Source of the DNA: an uncultured Candidatus Saccharibacteria bacterium
GTDB lineage: Bacteria > Patescibacteriota > Minisyncoccia > UBA6257
DNA length: 64,000 nucleotides
Direction of reading: 5' to 3'
Assembly (NCBI GenBank): GCA_964618625.1
Contig: CAZUBI010000001.1
Span: 1,940 to 65,939, forward strand
Position 1 is the first letter of the stretch. Each line of letters opens with the position of its first letter. A model generated the notes under the pieces. That model saw nothing but the letters and a program-made list of their open reading frames with translations, made no database searches and was not told the origin of the DNA. The translations under genes and the position numbers were made by a program. Shown in pieces: positions 56,519 through 64,000 of the stretch.

Positions 56519-57565
56519 ATGGATATTTCTCTTTTTGATTATCATTTGCCAAAAAAATTTATTGCTCAAGAACCAATAGAGCCGCGAGACCACTCGCGTC
56601 TTTTAATATTAGATAGAAAAACAAGAAAGATTGAACATAAAAGATTTTATGAAATATTAAATTATTTATCTGATAATGATGTTCTAATATTTAATAACAG
56701 TAAAGTAGTGCCAGCGCGTTTATATGGAAAGAAAATTCCAAGCCATGGAAAGACGGAAATTCTTCTTGTTCGACCTGAGAATAAAGAAGTCTTTGACTTT
56801 ATTGCATGGCCTAAACGGTGGATAATTATTGGGAAACCCCAGTTAAAGCAAGGACAGATCATTGAATTTAGTAAATCATTAAAAGGGGAAATCAAAAAGG
56901 TCTTAAACTATGAAAGAATTATATGTTTTAATATGGAGGGAGATGCTTTAAAACAGGAAATTTTATCATTAGGGCAATTTCCTCTGCCGCCTTATATCAC
57001 TGAACCTACTGAAAAATCATTTTCAGAATATCAAACAATCTATGCTGAAAAAGAAGGTTCAATTGCCGCTCCTACTGCTGGTTTCCATTTTACAAAAGAT
57101 CTTTTAAACAAAATCAAAGAAAAGGGAATTAATACACAATTCATTACTTTACATGTGGGATTAGGAACTTTTCTATCAGTAAAATCGCAGGACATTGAAA
57201 AACATCAAATGCACTCTGAGTTTTTTGAACTTTCTAAAGACACTGCTAAAATACTTAATAAGTCAAAATCAGAGGGTAAAAGGATTGTTGCTGTTGGAAC
57301 TACGGCAGCACGTGTTTTAGAATGCTGCTCTGATGAAAATTTTGAACTAAAAGCGCAGAAAGATTGGACCAATTTATTTATTTATCCTGGATATCAATTT
57401 AAGTTTGTTGACTCTTTGGTTACAAATTTTCATCTTCCTAAATCAACTTTATTAATGTTGGTTTCCGCCTTCGCTGGAAGAGATTTAATTCTAAGAGCTT
57501 ATCAAGAGGCTATTCAAAAGAAATACAGATTTTTTTCATTTGGGGACGCAATGTTTATAGTATAA
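56519..57565 (+). CDS. queA: S-adenosylmethionine:tRNA ribosyltransferase-isomerase
   Basis: FDYHLP...IAQEP...RDHSRLL N-terminus and GTTAARVLE. Confidence 0.9.
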   Translation: MDISLFDYHLPKKFIAQEPIEPRDHSRLLILDRKTRKIEHKRFYEILNYLSDNDVLIFNNSKVVPARLYGKKIPSHGKTEILLVRPENKEVFDFIAWPKRWIIIGKPQLKQGQIIEFSKSLKGEIKKVLNYERIICFNMEGDALKQEILSLGQFPLPPYITEPTEKSFSEYQTIYAEKEGSIAAPTAGFHFTKDLLNKIKEKGINTQFITLHVGLGTFLSVKSQDIEKHQMHSEFFELSKDTAKILNKSKSEGKRIVAVGTTAARVLECCSDENFELKAQKDWTNLFIYPGYQFKFVDSLVTNFHLPKSTLLMLVSAFAGRDLILRAYQEAIQKKYRFFSFGDAMFIV

Positions 57566-57567
57566 TT

Positions 57568-58719
57568 ATGTTTAAAATTATTAAAAAATCTAAGGTTGAT
57601 AGAGCTCGCTTAGGCGAGATATCAACAAATCATGGTATTGTAAAAACCCCAATTTTTATGCCACCTGGAACTCAAGCAACAGTAAAAGCAGTTGGACCTG
57701 ATGATTTAAGTAAAATTGGTATTGAAATACTTTTAGTTAATACGCTTCATTTACACCTGCAGCCAGGAGAAAATCTAATTAATGACTTGGAAGGTATTCA
57801 TCAATTTATGGGCTGGTCTGGGCCTATTCTAAGCGATTCTGGAGGGTTTCAAGTGTGGAGCTTTAGTAAAAATAGGACAAAAAATGGACAAAATCTAGCT
57901 AAAATTAGTGAAAATGGCGTAAAATTTTCTTCTCCAATTGATGGTTCAAAACACCTAATTACACCTGAAAAATCAATTGAAATTCAACATAAATTAGGCT
58001 CTGATATTATTATGGCTTTTGATGAATGTAGTCCTGATTCTGACAATAAAGAGTATGCTAAAAAATCAATGGAGAGAACTCATCGCTGGGCAGAAAGATC
58101 ATTAAAAAAGCATCAAGAACTTAGTAAAAAATGTACAAATGCAGGACAAAAACCACCTTTGATTTTTGGAATTATTCAAGGTGGAATTTTTGAGGATTTA
58201 AGAAAAGAATCAGCAAAATTTATTACCAGTCTTAATTTTGACGGAATAGCATTAGGAGGGGAAACAATTGGTTATAATATGCCAAAAACATTAGAAATTT
58301 TAGATTATTTGCAGGATTTTTTACCAGAAAATAAATCTTGCTATACTATGGGATTAGGTTCTTCTCCTTTTGATATAATTGAGGTGGTAAAAAGGGGAGT
58401 GGATATGTTTGATTGTGTTGGACCAACAAGAACAGCCCGGCATGGCTCTCTCTATAGCGGTGAAATTCTTTCAAAGAATGGTGAAGTAAATTTTGAGTCA
58501 GAATTTGAAAAAGGATGTTTAAGAATATCAAATAGCCGTTTTAAAAAAGATAATGGTTCAATTGATAAAAACTGCGATTGCTATACTTGTCAGAATTTTT
58601 CCAGAGCTTATCTTCATCATTTATACTCAGTCAAAGAATCTCTTTATCTTAGATTAGCTACAATTCATAATTTAAGATTTATGATGAGGCTAATTAAAGT
58701 ATTGCGAAGTAATATTTAA
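57568..58719 (+). CDS. tgt: queuine tRNA-ribosyltransferase
   Basis: TPIFMPPGTQATVK, SDSGGFQ, and the zinc site CDCYTC...H. Confidence 0.9.
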   Translation: MFKIIKKSKVDRARLGEISTNHGIVKTPIFMPPGTQATVKAVGPDDLSKIGIEILLVNTLHLHLQPGENLINDLEGIHQFMGWSGPILSDSGGFQVWSFSKNRTKNGQNLAKISENGVKFSSPIDGSKHLITPEKSIEIQHKLGSDIIMAFDECSPDSDNKEYAKKSMERTHRWAERSLKKHQELSKKCTNAGQKPPLIFGIIQGGIFEDLRKESAKFITSLNFDGIALGGETIGYNMPKTLEILDYLQDFLPENKSCYTMGLGSSPFDIIEVVKRGVDMFDCVGPTRTARHGSLYSGEILSKNGEVNFESEFEKGCLRISNSRFKKDNGSIDKNCDCYTCQNFSRAYLHHLYSVKESLYLRLATIHNLRFMMRLIKVLRSNI

Positions 58720-58720
58720 T

Positions 58721-59266
58721 ATGCTGCTTCATACTTGTTGCGCTGTTTGCGCATTACCAATAATTGAATATTTATTAAAAGAAGAAAAAGTAAAAGATAT
58801 TACTTTGTATTTTTATAATCCCAATATTTATCCTGAAGAAGAATATAAAAAAAGATTAAAAGATGTTGAAAAAATATCTAAAATTTATAAATTAAAATTG
58901 CTTGTAGGAATATATGAACACAATAGATGGTTGGATTATGTTAAAAAATCATTGCCTCAACCACCAGAGAAATATTCAGAGAATAGTGAAAGATGTTTGA
59001 GCTGTTTTCGTTTTCGTTTAGAAAAAACTGCTGAATTTGTTAGGAAAAATAATTTTGATGAATTTGGCACTACTTTAAGTATAAATCGTTTTAAAAACGT
59101 TGATTATATAAATCAATATGTTAAAAAGTTAGCAAAAAGACATCAATTAGTTTATAAAGTATTTAATTCAGATCTCAATAAAGCTTATGAGCTCGGTTTA
59201 CAACTTACTAAAAAATATAATCTTTATCGGCAAAAGTACTGCGGCTGTAAATTTTCTATGATATAA
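58721..59266 (+). CDS. queH: epoxyqueuosine reductase QueH-like (DUF208)
   Basis: LLHTCCAVC, YFYNPNIYPEEEY, RCLSCFRFRLEKTA, YRQKYCGCKFS. Confidence 0.65.
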   Translation: MLLHTCCAVCALPIIEYLLKEEKVKDITLYFYNPNIYPEEEYKKRLKDVEKISKIYKLKLLVGIYEHNRWLDYVKKSLPQPPEKYSENSERCLSCFRFRLEKTAEFVRKNNFDEFGTTLSINRFKNVDYINQYVKKLAKRHQLVYKVFNSDLNKAYELGLQLTKKYNLYRQKYCGCKFSMI

Positions 59267-59284
59267 TATAATAAAATTAAAATT

Positions 59285-59779
59285 ATGGCTAGGCCTAAAA
59301 AACTTTCAGTAAAATTATTGCATAAAGACAACTATTTAACCTTAATAAAAAATGCCTGCGGCTCACAGATATGGGCTAATGGTTATGCTTTAGTAAATGG
59401 CAGAAGGAAGGATATTGTTCAAGATGGCGAACTTTCTTGCGCCTTTTTTGTCAGCTCAATTCTAAAGATTTTTGATTTTATTAAGGATCTACATTTTACA
59501 GTAAAAGGCACTGAGCAAGATTTAAAAAAATCGGGTTGGGAAATAATTTCTGTTTCTTCAAAGATGCCTAAAGGCAGCATTATAATTTGGGAAAAGAAAT
59601 TATCTCCTAATAAACAATCAAAAAAGTGGGAAAAACATTTCCATATTGGTTTTTATATTGGCGATGAGAAGGCTGTTAGCCTTTGGGCTTATCATAATTT
59701 TCCTGTAATTCATCATTGGACCTATAATAAATCAAGAAAAATAATTCGAGTTTATTGGAATAAGAAAATAAAGAATTAA
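59285..59779 (+). CDS. hypothetical protein, possibly a papain-like (NlpC/P60 or YiiX-type) amidase
   Basis: A conserved Cys (ELSCAFFVSS) and His (HIGFYIGDE) in the right order. Weak call. Confidence 0.3.
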   Translation: MARPKKLSVKLLHKDNYLTLIKNACGSQIWANGYALVNGRRKDIVQDGELSCAFFVSSILKIFDFIKDLHFTVKGTEQDLKKSGWEIISVSSKMPKGSIIIWEKKLSPNKQSKKWEKHFHIGFYIGDEKAVSLWAYHNFPVIHHWTYNKSRKIIRVYWNKKIKN

Positions 59780-59912
59780 TGAAGAATTGGGCAAGAAAAT
59801 TTAATCCCCATAAAACAGCATATCGGACGCCATCTTCATTTAAAATACGTAAAATACGCAATAAACCTTGTTCTAAACAGGACCAAAAGGTTAAACTCAA
59901 AAGTCAAAATAA

Positions 59913-60938
59913 ATGAAAAAGGCAATTCTTTATGAAAAATTAAAAGATAATAAAGTTCGTTGTCAGGCTTGCCATAATCAGTGCCTTATTCCTGATAAAA
60001 GAACCGGAATTTGCGGAGTTCGTCAAAATATAGATGGTGATCTTTATCTTTTGGTTTATGGGAAAGCTATTAGTGTAAATATTGATCCTATAGAAAAAAA
60101 GCCTCTTTTTCATTTTTTGCCAGGCCAGAAAGCTTTCTCTTTAGGAACTCTAGGATGCAATTTTGATTGTGATTTTTGCCAAAACTGGGAAATCTCCCAA
60201 GCCCCAAAATCCTTCGACAAAACTCATGGTATAAAACATTATGGAGAAGAATGGGAGCCAGAAAAAATTGTAAAGTATTGTAAGGATAATAAAATCCCAA
60301 TCATTGCTTATACTTATAATGAACCTACTATTTGGATAGAATATGCTTTAGATACAATGAAATTAGCTAAAAAAGAGGGGATTAAAAATATATGGGTTTC
60401 TAATGGTTTTATAAAAGAAAAAGCCCTTGATCTTATTGCGCCTTATCTTGACGCAATTAATATAGATCTAAAAAGTTTTTCAGAAGATTTTTATCAAAAA
60501 ATTTGTAAAGGGCGATTAGAACCAGTTAAGGAAAATATTAGAAAAATCTGGAAAAAGGGAATTTGGATAGAGGTTACTACTTTAATAATTCCTGGGTTTA
60601 ATGATTCTGAAAAAGAATTAAAACAAATAGCCAAATTTTTAGTAGGAGTTTCTAAAAATATACCTTGGCATATTTCCGCTTTTTATCCATGTTATAAAAT
60701 GCTTAATAAATCTCCTGCACCCCAAGAAACCTTAATTACTGCCTATAAAATTGGTAAAAAAGCGAGGTTACAATATGTTTATACTGGAAATATACCAAAT
60801 TCTAATTATGAAAGTACTTATTGCCCAAAATGCAATTCACTTATTATAGAACGATGTGGTATGGAAGTTTTAGAAAATAATTTAGAAAATGGAAAATGTC
60901 CCAAATGTAATACAAAAATACAAGGAATATGGAAGTAA
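59913..60938 (+). CDS. AmmeMemoRadiSam system radical SAM enzyme
   Basis: CxxxCxxC cluster GCNFDCDFCQNWE, PFL-activase-like, and it precedes Memo and AMMECR1 genes. Confidence 0.8.
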   Translation: MKKAILYEKLKDNKVRCQACHNQCLIPDKRTGICGVRQNIDGDLYLLVYGKAISVNIDPIEKKPLFHFLPGQKAFSLGTLGCNFDCDFCQNWEISQAPKSFDKTHGIKHYGEEWEPEKIVKYCKDNKIPIIAYTYNEPTIWIEYALDTMKLAKKEGIKNIWVSNGFIKEKALDLIAPYLDAINIDLKSFSEDFYQKICKGRLEPVKENIRKIWKKGIWIEVTTLIIPGFNDSEKELKQIAKFLVGVSKNIPWHISAFYPCYKMLNKSPAPQETLITAYKIGKKARLQYVYTGNIPNSNYESTYCPKCNSLIIERCGMEVLENNLENGKCPKCNTKIQGIWK

Positions 60939-61720
60939 GACATCCAATTGTATCTGGTAGCTTTTATCCTGACGATCCTGATATTCTAAAACAACAAATC
61001 AAGGGTTTTTTGGATAATGCGACAGTGGAAAAACATCAATTATCAGTAAAAGCCCTTATTGTTCCACATGCAGGATATGTATATTCTGGCCCAATAGCTG
61101 CATACGCTTTTAAGCTTATAGAAGATTGTTCATATGAAAAGATTTTTCTCCTGGGACCTAGCCATCATTTTTCATTTGATAATCTTATTTCTTGCGCTAA
61201 AGGATATTGGCAAACACCATTGGGTAAAGTTGAGCAATTATCAAAAGACGATTTTCCAAAACTTAAAAACAAAAAAGAGATTATTGAATCATCTGAAATT
61301 CACCAGCAAGAGCATTCATTAGAAGTTCAATTACCATTTTTACAAACAGTTTTAGATGATTTTCAAATCTTTCCTTTATTAACCGGTAATATTATTGATT
61401 ATGAAAAAGTAAGTAATATTTTGTTATCAATTTATGACGAGAAAACTCTTTTTTTGGTGAGTTCTGATCTAAGCCATTATTTACCATATAATGAAGCAAA
61501 AATGATAGATAAAGTAACAATTGATGCGATATTAGCTAATGATATTCAGCGATTTAATGAATATGGTAATGCTTGTGGAAAAACATCAATTGAGATTTTA
61601 TTAAATATTGCAGATAAAAAACAATGGAAATCCAAGCTTTTATGTGCTATGAATTCCGGGGAAACTAGCGGAGATAAAAAACAAGTGGTAGGATATGCGA
61701 GCATTGTATATCATGAATAA
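60929..61720 (+). CDS. MEMO1 family protein (AmmeMemoRadiSam system protein B)
   Basis: PIVSGSFYP, VPHAGYVYSG, GPSHH. Confidence 0.8.
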   Translation: MEVRHPIVSGSFYPDDPDILKQQIKGFLDNATVEKHQLSVKALIVPHAGYVYSGPIAAYAFKLIEDCSYEKIFLLGPSHHFSFDNLISCAKGYWQTPLGKVEQLSKDDFPKLKNKKEIIESSEIHQQEHSLEVQLPFLQTVLDDFQIFPLLTGNIIDYEKVSNILLSIYDEKTLFLVSSDLSHYLPYNEAKMIDKVTIDAILANDIQRFNEYGNACGKTSIEILLNIADKKQWKSKLLCAMNSGETSGDKKQVVGYASIVYHE

Positions 61721-62276
61721 AGAAGATAAAAAATATCTTTTAAAATTAGCCAGAAAAGTTCTACGAAAATACTTTCAAGATGAAGGAATTCTTCAAATTG
61801 ATGAAGATAATTTGCCACAAACCTTAAAAGAAAAAAAGGGAACCTTTGTCACTTTATGGAAAAACAATAAATTAAGAGGATGCATAGGTAATTTAGAAAG
61901 TAAAAAACCAATCTATCAAAGCGTGATTGACAATTGTTTGGCGAGCGCTTTGCTTGATACTCGTTTTACGGCTTTAAAAAACGATGAACTAAATGATATA
62001 AAAATAGAAATTTCTGTTTTATCAGCATTAAAAAAACTCCCAGATTTTACCAGTTCAGATTCTTTTTTTAAATATTTAGATAAATATAAGCCAGGCTTGT
62101 TAATAAAAAGAGGTAGTCATCAAGCCACCTTTTTACCGCAGGTCTGGGAAGATTTAACTTCTACTGAATTGTTTATTTCTCATTTATGCGAAAAAGCAGG
62201 ACTAGATAAAAACGAATGGAAAAAGATGAACTTAGAAGTTTATCAATATAGCGCAGAAGTTTTTAAAGAAGGATAA
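61695..62276 (+). CDS. AMMECR1 domain protein (AmmeMemoRadiSam system protein A)
   Basis: LRGCIGNLES...LDTRF, ATFLPQVWE. Confidence 0.8.
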   Translation: MRALYIMNKEDKKYLLKLARKVLRKYFQDEGILQIDEDNLPQTLKEKKGTFVTLWKNNKLRGCIGNLESKKPIYQSVIDNCLASALLDTRFTALKNDELNDIKIEISVLSALKKLPDFTSSDSFFKYLDKYKPGLLIKRGSHQATFLPQVWEDLTSTELFISHLCEKAGLDKNEWKKMNLEVYQYSAEVFKEG

Positions 62277-63265
62277 ATTATACTTCTAAGGTATTCAGGA
62301 TCTACTCCAGGACATTCTGTCGGTTCCTCTCTAATATCCAACTCCATATGTCCTTTTATAAAGCTCTTACTCATTTCCCGGCCAGATAAGTCTGGCTTTC
62401 GAAGATAAAATTCCTCTTGATTGATATCTAATTCATACTCAATAATCAAATATTTAACAAGACTAATAAAGGCTTTTTTCATTGCCTCAGTTAATTTATC
62501 ATGGCCAGGGCGAAAATCACCCATTAAAGAAATGGATACTGTTCCTTTATTATGCCCATAAGCATGAATTCCGACTGAATATTTTCCTCCCAAACTTCCT
62601 TCATAAATTCTACCATTACCATCTATTAAATAATGATATCCAATATCCCTCCATTTTCTTTGCACAGCTGTCATAAGATAAATTCTTTGCAATTCTTTTT
62701 TTGATTCTTCAAAATTTGTAGTAAACTTTCCAGCAGTATGATGAACAACAATTTCCTCTACCGGCAAATAATAATAAACAAAATCATTTTCTTTTTTTAA
62801 GCTCTGAAGAAAGAAATTATCGTATGATTTAAAGTTTTGGTTGTAATTAATTAATAATTCAAGGGATTTCCAATATTCTTTTTCAGAAAATGTATCTTCA
62901 GGATTATATCTATCTTCATAGCAATAATCTTTCTCACAGAAATTTTCTATAAATTTAGGATCAGAATAATCATTATCAGCACCCCATTCCTCTCTGCTGA
63001 TTATTTTTATGTTTTCATTACCCAACATTCTTTGTCCATATGTTTTATAAAAATTAGTTAGATTAATGTGTTGTGGAATTTCAATATTCAAATGCTCTAA
63101 ATTTGATTTATCAAAAGAATCTATAATTATCTCTGTGTTTGACTGGAACAGTGATGAAGTTAAATATTTTTTTTCTATTATTTTACTATTGATAAAAAAT
63201 CCAAAAGCAATAAGCAGAAAAAGGCTTAAAATTATATGGCAATATTTTTTAAAAAATGAAAACAT
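62243..63265 (-). CDS. N-acetylmuramoyl-L-alanine amidase (Amidase_2/PGRP domain) with an N-terminal TM/signal
   Basis: VHHTAG, DIGYHYLIDGNGRIYEGS, and GIHAYGHNKGTVSISLMGDF. Confidence 0.7.
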   Translation of the reverse strand: MFSFFKKYCHIILSLFLLIAFGFFINSKIIEKKYLTSSLFQSNTEIIIDSFDKSNLEHLNIEIPQHINLTNFYKTYGQRMLGNENIKIISREEWGADNDYSDPKFIENFCEKDYCYEDRYNPEDTFSEKEYWKSLELLINYNQNFKSYDNFFLQSLKKENDFVYYYLPVEEIVVHHTAGKFTTNFEESKKELQRIYLMTAVQRKWRDIGYHYLIDGNGRIYEGSLGGKYSVGIHAYGHNKGTVSISLMGDFRPGHDKLTEAMKKAFISLVKYLIIEYELDINQEEFYLRKPDLSGREMSKSFIKGHMELDIREEPTECPGVDPEYLRSIIYPSLKTSALY

Positions 63266-64000
63266 TTAAAAATTAGTTTTTAATATCCATTGATTACCTC
63301 TTAAAAAACTTTCACTATCCATTGTATTTTTCCCTGCTGGCCTTAATTCCTCAATAACATAAACTCCTTTGCCGCATTTAACTGCCAGTTTATTTTCAAG
63401 TTTGAAAATTTGCCCTGGCATTTTTTCTCTATAAAGGGACGAGTCGTTTATAGAACAACCTTTTGTTATTTTGATAATTATATCATCTGCCGTAGTAAAA
63501 ACGCCTGGTTTAGGGTTTAAAGCTCTTACCTTTCTATCTATTTCTATAGCTGGTTTCTCCCAATTTATTTTTTCATCTTTTGGCAAAATCTTATGGCAAT
63601 AACTCGCTAAAGAATGATTTTGGGGTATTGACTTAATTTTTCCTTCAAGCCACTGCGGAACAGTTTTGATTATAAGATTTGCTCCTAAAATTGCCAATTC
63701 TTGCATTAATTCAGAATAAGTAATTTTCGTATTTTGTATCTTGTGTCTTGCACTTTGTATTATTGGTCCATGGTCTATTTCTTCATCCATTAAAAATAAA
63801 GTAACTCCTGTTTCATTATCACCTGCTAAAATAGTTGATTGAATAGGGGTAGCTCCGCGCCATTTGGGGAGGAGAGACGGATGAAGATTCAGAACTCCTT
63901 TTTTAGGTATTGATAGCAATTTTGAAGGAATAATTTTTCCATACGCAGTAAGAATTACTAAGTCTGGATTATAATCTTTAAAACTTGATAAAAATTCTTC
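63266..64000 (-). CDS. fmt: methionyl-tRNA formyltransferase, 3' part (N-terminus beyond the window edge)
   Basis: LNLHPSLLPKWRGATPIQ and the C-terminal Fmt domain. The ORF is still open at the window end. Confidence 0.85.
   Translation of the reverse strand, partial: EEFLSSFKDYNPDLVILTAYGKIIPSKLLSIPKKGVLNLHPSLLPKWRGATPIQSTILAGDNETGVTLFLMDEEIDHGPIIQSARHKIQNTKITYSELMQELAILGANLIIKTVPQWLEGKIKSIPQNHSLASYCHKILPKDEKINWEKPAIEIDRKVRALNPKPGVFTTADDIIIKITKGCSINDSSLYREKMPGQIFKLENKLAVKCGKGVYVIEELRPAGKNTMDSESFLRGNQWILKTNF

Overview
This is a 64 kb AT-rich bacterial chromosomal segment, roughly 30% GC by eye. Its own genes are tightly packed and mostly lack a Shine-Dalgarno sequence. The gene content is consistent with a small-genome uncultivated lineage such as Patescibacteria/CPR: many DUF genes, an AmmeMemoRadiSam trio, a minimal division and cell wall cluster, and CIRCE-regulated chaperone genes. 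The recognisable core is as follows. Near the start: UDG family 4, SPFH, xth, and an RRM protein. The division/cell-wall block mraZ-rsmH-ftsL-ftsI-murF. tRNA-Glu and rplU. recR, dnaB, cysS and a CorA-like gene on the minus strand. The chaperone block CIRCE-hrcA-grpE-dnaK-(membrane gene)-dnaJ. An ABC exporter and rmuC. CIRCE-like groES-groEL. lemA and an htpX-like gene. tRNA-Ser. Then murD on the minus strand, trxB, queA-tgt-queH, the AmmeMemoRadiSam trio, an Amidase_2 gene, and the 3' part of fmt. The most unusual feature is a roughly 20 kb accessory island starting directly after tRNA-Ser (about 29.35-49.25 kb). It holds about 30 small genes, all on the + strand, encoding enzymes such as nucleases, two Ogg-like glycosylases, Nudix, a cytidine deaminase, an NDT-like protein, HAD, M20, S51, ALDH and an amidase. 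Nearly every gene is separated from the next by a conserved modular junction, built from a Box A motif (GGTTCCAACATCGTTCCATAGCCCCAG, 14 copies), an optional Box B, and a terminator-hairpin/extended -10 promoter module (ATCGCCAAAAAGGCGATTTTTTGGTAGAAT) ending only about 9 nt before a leaderless ATG. I found no integrase, transposase or canonical attC site, so this looks like an undescribed cassette-array architecture. Other repeat families: a long conserved leader with a canonical sigma70 promoter and a strong SD driving small unknown-protein operons (two copies plus a diverged third); a 51-nt element present intergenically and as two in-frame tandem units inside hrcA; and a promoter that directly drives a roughly 60-nt terminator-ended hairpin RNA (two copies with compensatory changes) upstream of a GGDEF gene and an unknown gene, followed by a cluster of SD-bearing tiny hydrophobic peptides. 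No CRISPR array, rRNA, transposase or integrase was recognised.
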